Shown here: piece by piece, positions 61,827 through 64,000 of the stretch
How the letters are laid out: each line of letters opens with the position of its first letter
Numbering within the stretch: the first letter of the stretch is position 1
Assembly: GCA_963727775.1 (NCBI GenBank)
Contig: CAVSHB010000002.1
Span: forward strand, 416,001 to 480,000
Origin: an uncultured Nitrospiraceae bacterium
GTDB taxonomy: Bacteria; Nitrospirota; Thermodesulfovibrionia; Thermodesulfovibrionales; SM23-35
Direction of reading: 5' to 3'
DNA length: 64,000 nucleotides
The notes under the pieces: model-generated
What the model was told of the DNA's origin: nothing
The model's database searches: none
The model's input: only the letters and a program-made list of their open reading frames with translations
Position numbers and translations under genes: made by a program

Positions 61827-63307
61827 AGATCCGGTTCCTTCCTGTGCCAATTCGTTGCCTGCTCATAGGCATATGCGACTTTAAAAATGGACTCTTCATT
61901 AAAGTGTTTCCCGATAAGCTGCAGCCCGATCGGCAGATTCTTAGAAGTAAACCCGCAGGGCAGCGAGAGGGCCGGTACGCCGGCCAGGTTAACGGATATG
62001 GTAAAGATATCGGAGAGGTACATCTGCAAAGGGTCGGATGTCTTTTCACCGATTTTAAACGCTGAGGTCGGCGTTGTGGGAGTTGCAATGACGTCGACAT
62101 TCCTGAATGCCTCTTCAAAATCTTTTTTGATCAATGTCCTTACTTGCTGCGCCTTTTTATAATACGCATCGTAGTATCCCGCCGAGAGGGCATAGGTGCC
62201 GAGCATTATCCTTCTCTTGACTTCAGCTCCGAATCCCTGTGAACGTGTATTCATATACATATCCATTAAATCCTTGCCGTCGGACCTGAAGCCGTATTTC
62301 ACTCCGTCATAACGGGCAAGGTTCGAAGATGCTTCCGAGTTTGCGAGGATATAATAGGTTGCAATCGCATGTCCGGTATGCGGCAGAGACACTTCGACAG
62401 GAACAGCGCCGAGAGATTCAAGATCCCTTATCGCTTTTGTTACCGCCTCCTCAACTTCTTTTTCAATCCCTTTAATAAAGTATTCTTTGGGGATGCCGAT
62501 CCTTAACCCTTTTATGTCTTTGCCGAGGACTCCGGTAAAATCAGGCACTGGCACGGGCGCTGAGGTCGAATCCAGCGGGTCAGGCCCGGAAATACTGTTC
62601 AGCAGGATCGCGGAATCTCTCACGTTTTTTGTGATCGGGCCGATCTGGTCCAGGGACGATGCAAAAGCGACGAGGCCGTACCTTGAAACCCGCCCGTATG
62701 TCGGCTTCAATCCGACAACGCCGCACAGGGCCGCGGGCTGCCTGATCGACCCGCCCGTATCGGACCCCAGGGCGGCTATGCATTCATCAGCCGCGACTGC
62801 CGCAGCTGATCCGCCGCTTGAACCGCCGGGGATCCTCTCCAAATCCCAGGGGTTTCTTGTTATATGAAATCCCGAATTCTCCGTGGAAGAGCCCATCGCA
62901 AATTCATCCATATTTGTCTTTCCGAGCAAGACGTAGCCCTGCTGCATAAGCCTTGAAGTGACGGTGCTTTCATATGGCGGAACAAAATTGAACAATATTT
63001 GAGATGAACATGTTGTTCGAATCCCTTTAGTGCATATATTGTCCTTGACCGCAAGGGGGATCCCCGCTATGGATGTCTCCTTAATGTGCGCCGCTTGTGA
63101 TTCTCCAGCGGCGGATTGATTAATACTCTCCTGGGCACTTTCAGACATTTCCAGGGCCGTGTCTTTTGTGAGAGTTATGAAAGCCTTTACCTTTGTATCG
63201 ACAGCATCTATCCTATGATAGAGTGCATTGACTAAATCCGCGACCGACAGTTCTTTTTTGTCAAGCAGTTTTCTTGCATCTGAAATTGTAAGTCTGAAAA
63301 CCTCCAA
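61823..63307 (-). CDS. gatA: Asp/Glu-tRNA amidotransferase subunit A
   Basis: [43 protein letters not shown]. Confidence 0.97.
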   Translation of the reverse strand: MEVFRLTISDARKLLDKKELSVADLVNALYHRIDAVDTKVKAFITLTKDTALEMSESAQESINQSAAGESQAAHIKETSIAGIPLAVKDNICTKGIRTTCSSQILFNFVPPYESTVTSRLMQQGYVLLGKTNMDEFAMGSSTENSGFHITRNPWDLERIPGGSSGGSAAAVAADECIAALGSDTGGSIRQPAALCGVVGLKPTYGRVSRYGLVAFASSLDQIGPITKNVRDSAILLNSISGPDPLDSTSAPVPVPDFTGVLGKDIKGLRIGIPKEYFIKGIEKEVEEAVTKAIRDLESLGAVPVEVSLPHTGHAIATYYILANSEASSNLARYDGVKYGFRSDGKDLMDMYMNTRSQGFGAEVKRRIMLGTYALSAGYYDAYYKKAQQVRTLIKKDFEEAFRNVDVIATPTTPTSAFKIGEKTSDPLQMYLSDIFTISVNLAGVPALSLPCGFTSKNLPIGLQLIGKHFNEESIFKVAYAYEQATNWHRKEPDL

Positions 63308-63496
63308 GAAGTCCTCCTCCGTTATTCTCTATAAAACGTTATCTCTAAAAACTTTTCTTGAAAGGTTCTATTATATTGTATTATAGTAGTTTTTTAGTAG
63401 GCATTTGCCGAAAAAATTCCTTATCCTCAAAAAAAAGAATAGAAAGATTAAACGGACAAATTAATGATTTCTTTTGGAAAGAAAGATGGCAATGGA

Positions 63497-64000
63497 ATGA
63501 GCAGCGAGAACTCGTTGGTTTCTATAATCGTTAGGACAAAGGACAGGCCTATACTTTTAAAAAAGGCGTTACGGAGTGTCGCCGTACAGACTTATCGGCC
63601 TATTGAGGTCATTCTGGTAAATGACGGAGGCTGTGACCTTAATGAAGCAGAGCTTCAAAACATCCTCGGGGATGTCTCATTATTTTATACGAAGCTTGAG
63701 GAGAATAAAGGCAGGTCACATGCCGGAAACGTGGGGATTGAGAATACTCACGGTAAGTATTTAGGGTTTCTCGACGATGACGACGAGTTCTATCCGGAGC
63801 ATATATCAACCCTTGTTCACCCTCTGGAAGATGGAGAATATGAGGTCGCATATACCGACGCCAATATCGCATACCTTAAATTCGATCCGGAAACGATGCA
63901 CGTTATATCCGCAGAAAAAAAATTATTTTCGTCAAAAGACTTTTCTTATGATGAATTTATCATCGATAACTACATACCTGTTATATGTCTTCTATTTTCA
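63497..64000 (+). CDS. Glycosyltransferase family 2 (3' truncated by window)
   Basis: LVSIIVRTKDRP, VILVNDGG, GNVG, LGFLDDDD. Confidence 0.88.
   Translation, partial: MSSENSLVSIIVRTKDRPILLKKALRSVAVQTYRPIEVILVNDGGCDLNEAELQNILGDVSLFYTKLEENKGRSHAGNVGIENTHGKYLGFLDDDDEFYPEHISTLVHPLEDGEYEVAYTDANIAYLKFDPETMHVISAEKKLFSSKDFSYDEFIIDNYIPVICLLFS

Overview
This is mostly housekeeping chromosome of a Gram-negative anaerobe. Gene content and order suggest Nitrospirota/Thermodesulfovibrionia or a Desulfobacterota-like lineage (inference only). Core content: nuoN 3' end; a nitrogen-assimilation operon (stand-alone NifA-like HTH, porin, amtB, glnK, glnA) behind a sigma-54-like promoter; rluD, pfkA, livK; an interrupted mglC-aroQ-pepQ-efp-accBC block; yicC-remA-gmk-rpoZ-coaBC; porCDAB-mglBA; holB-ricT-metG-rpiB-glyA-nrdR; a TPP-riboswitch thi operon; larB, gpsA, glnS, gltX, tilS; tRNA-Ser-ffs-dnaX-ybaB; gatAB; and a partial GT2. 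There are two decaying accessory patches: an IS256 with an 8-bp TSD inside a large pseudogene (4.5-7.2 kb), and a hicBA / HNH / phd-PIN island (27.3-30.2 kb). The most unusual signal is non-coding. Four dispersed intergenic copies (3084, 16766, 30075, 40324) of a 105-122 bp three-way-junction element keep a fixed core, GCGGNTT..CCTCGGAG..CGAGAATGAGC, while every stem, including a 19-26 bp outer stem, differs in sequence between copies yet stays complementary. A second, AT-rich two-copy family shows the same design. No CRISPR array or rRNA was seen. All product calls come from motif recognition by eye, not from database searches.
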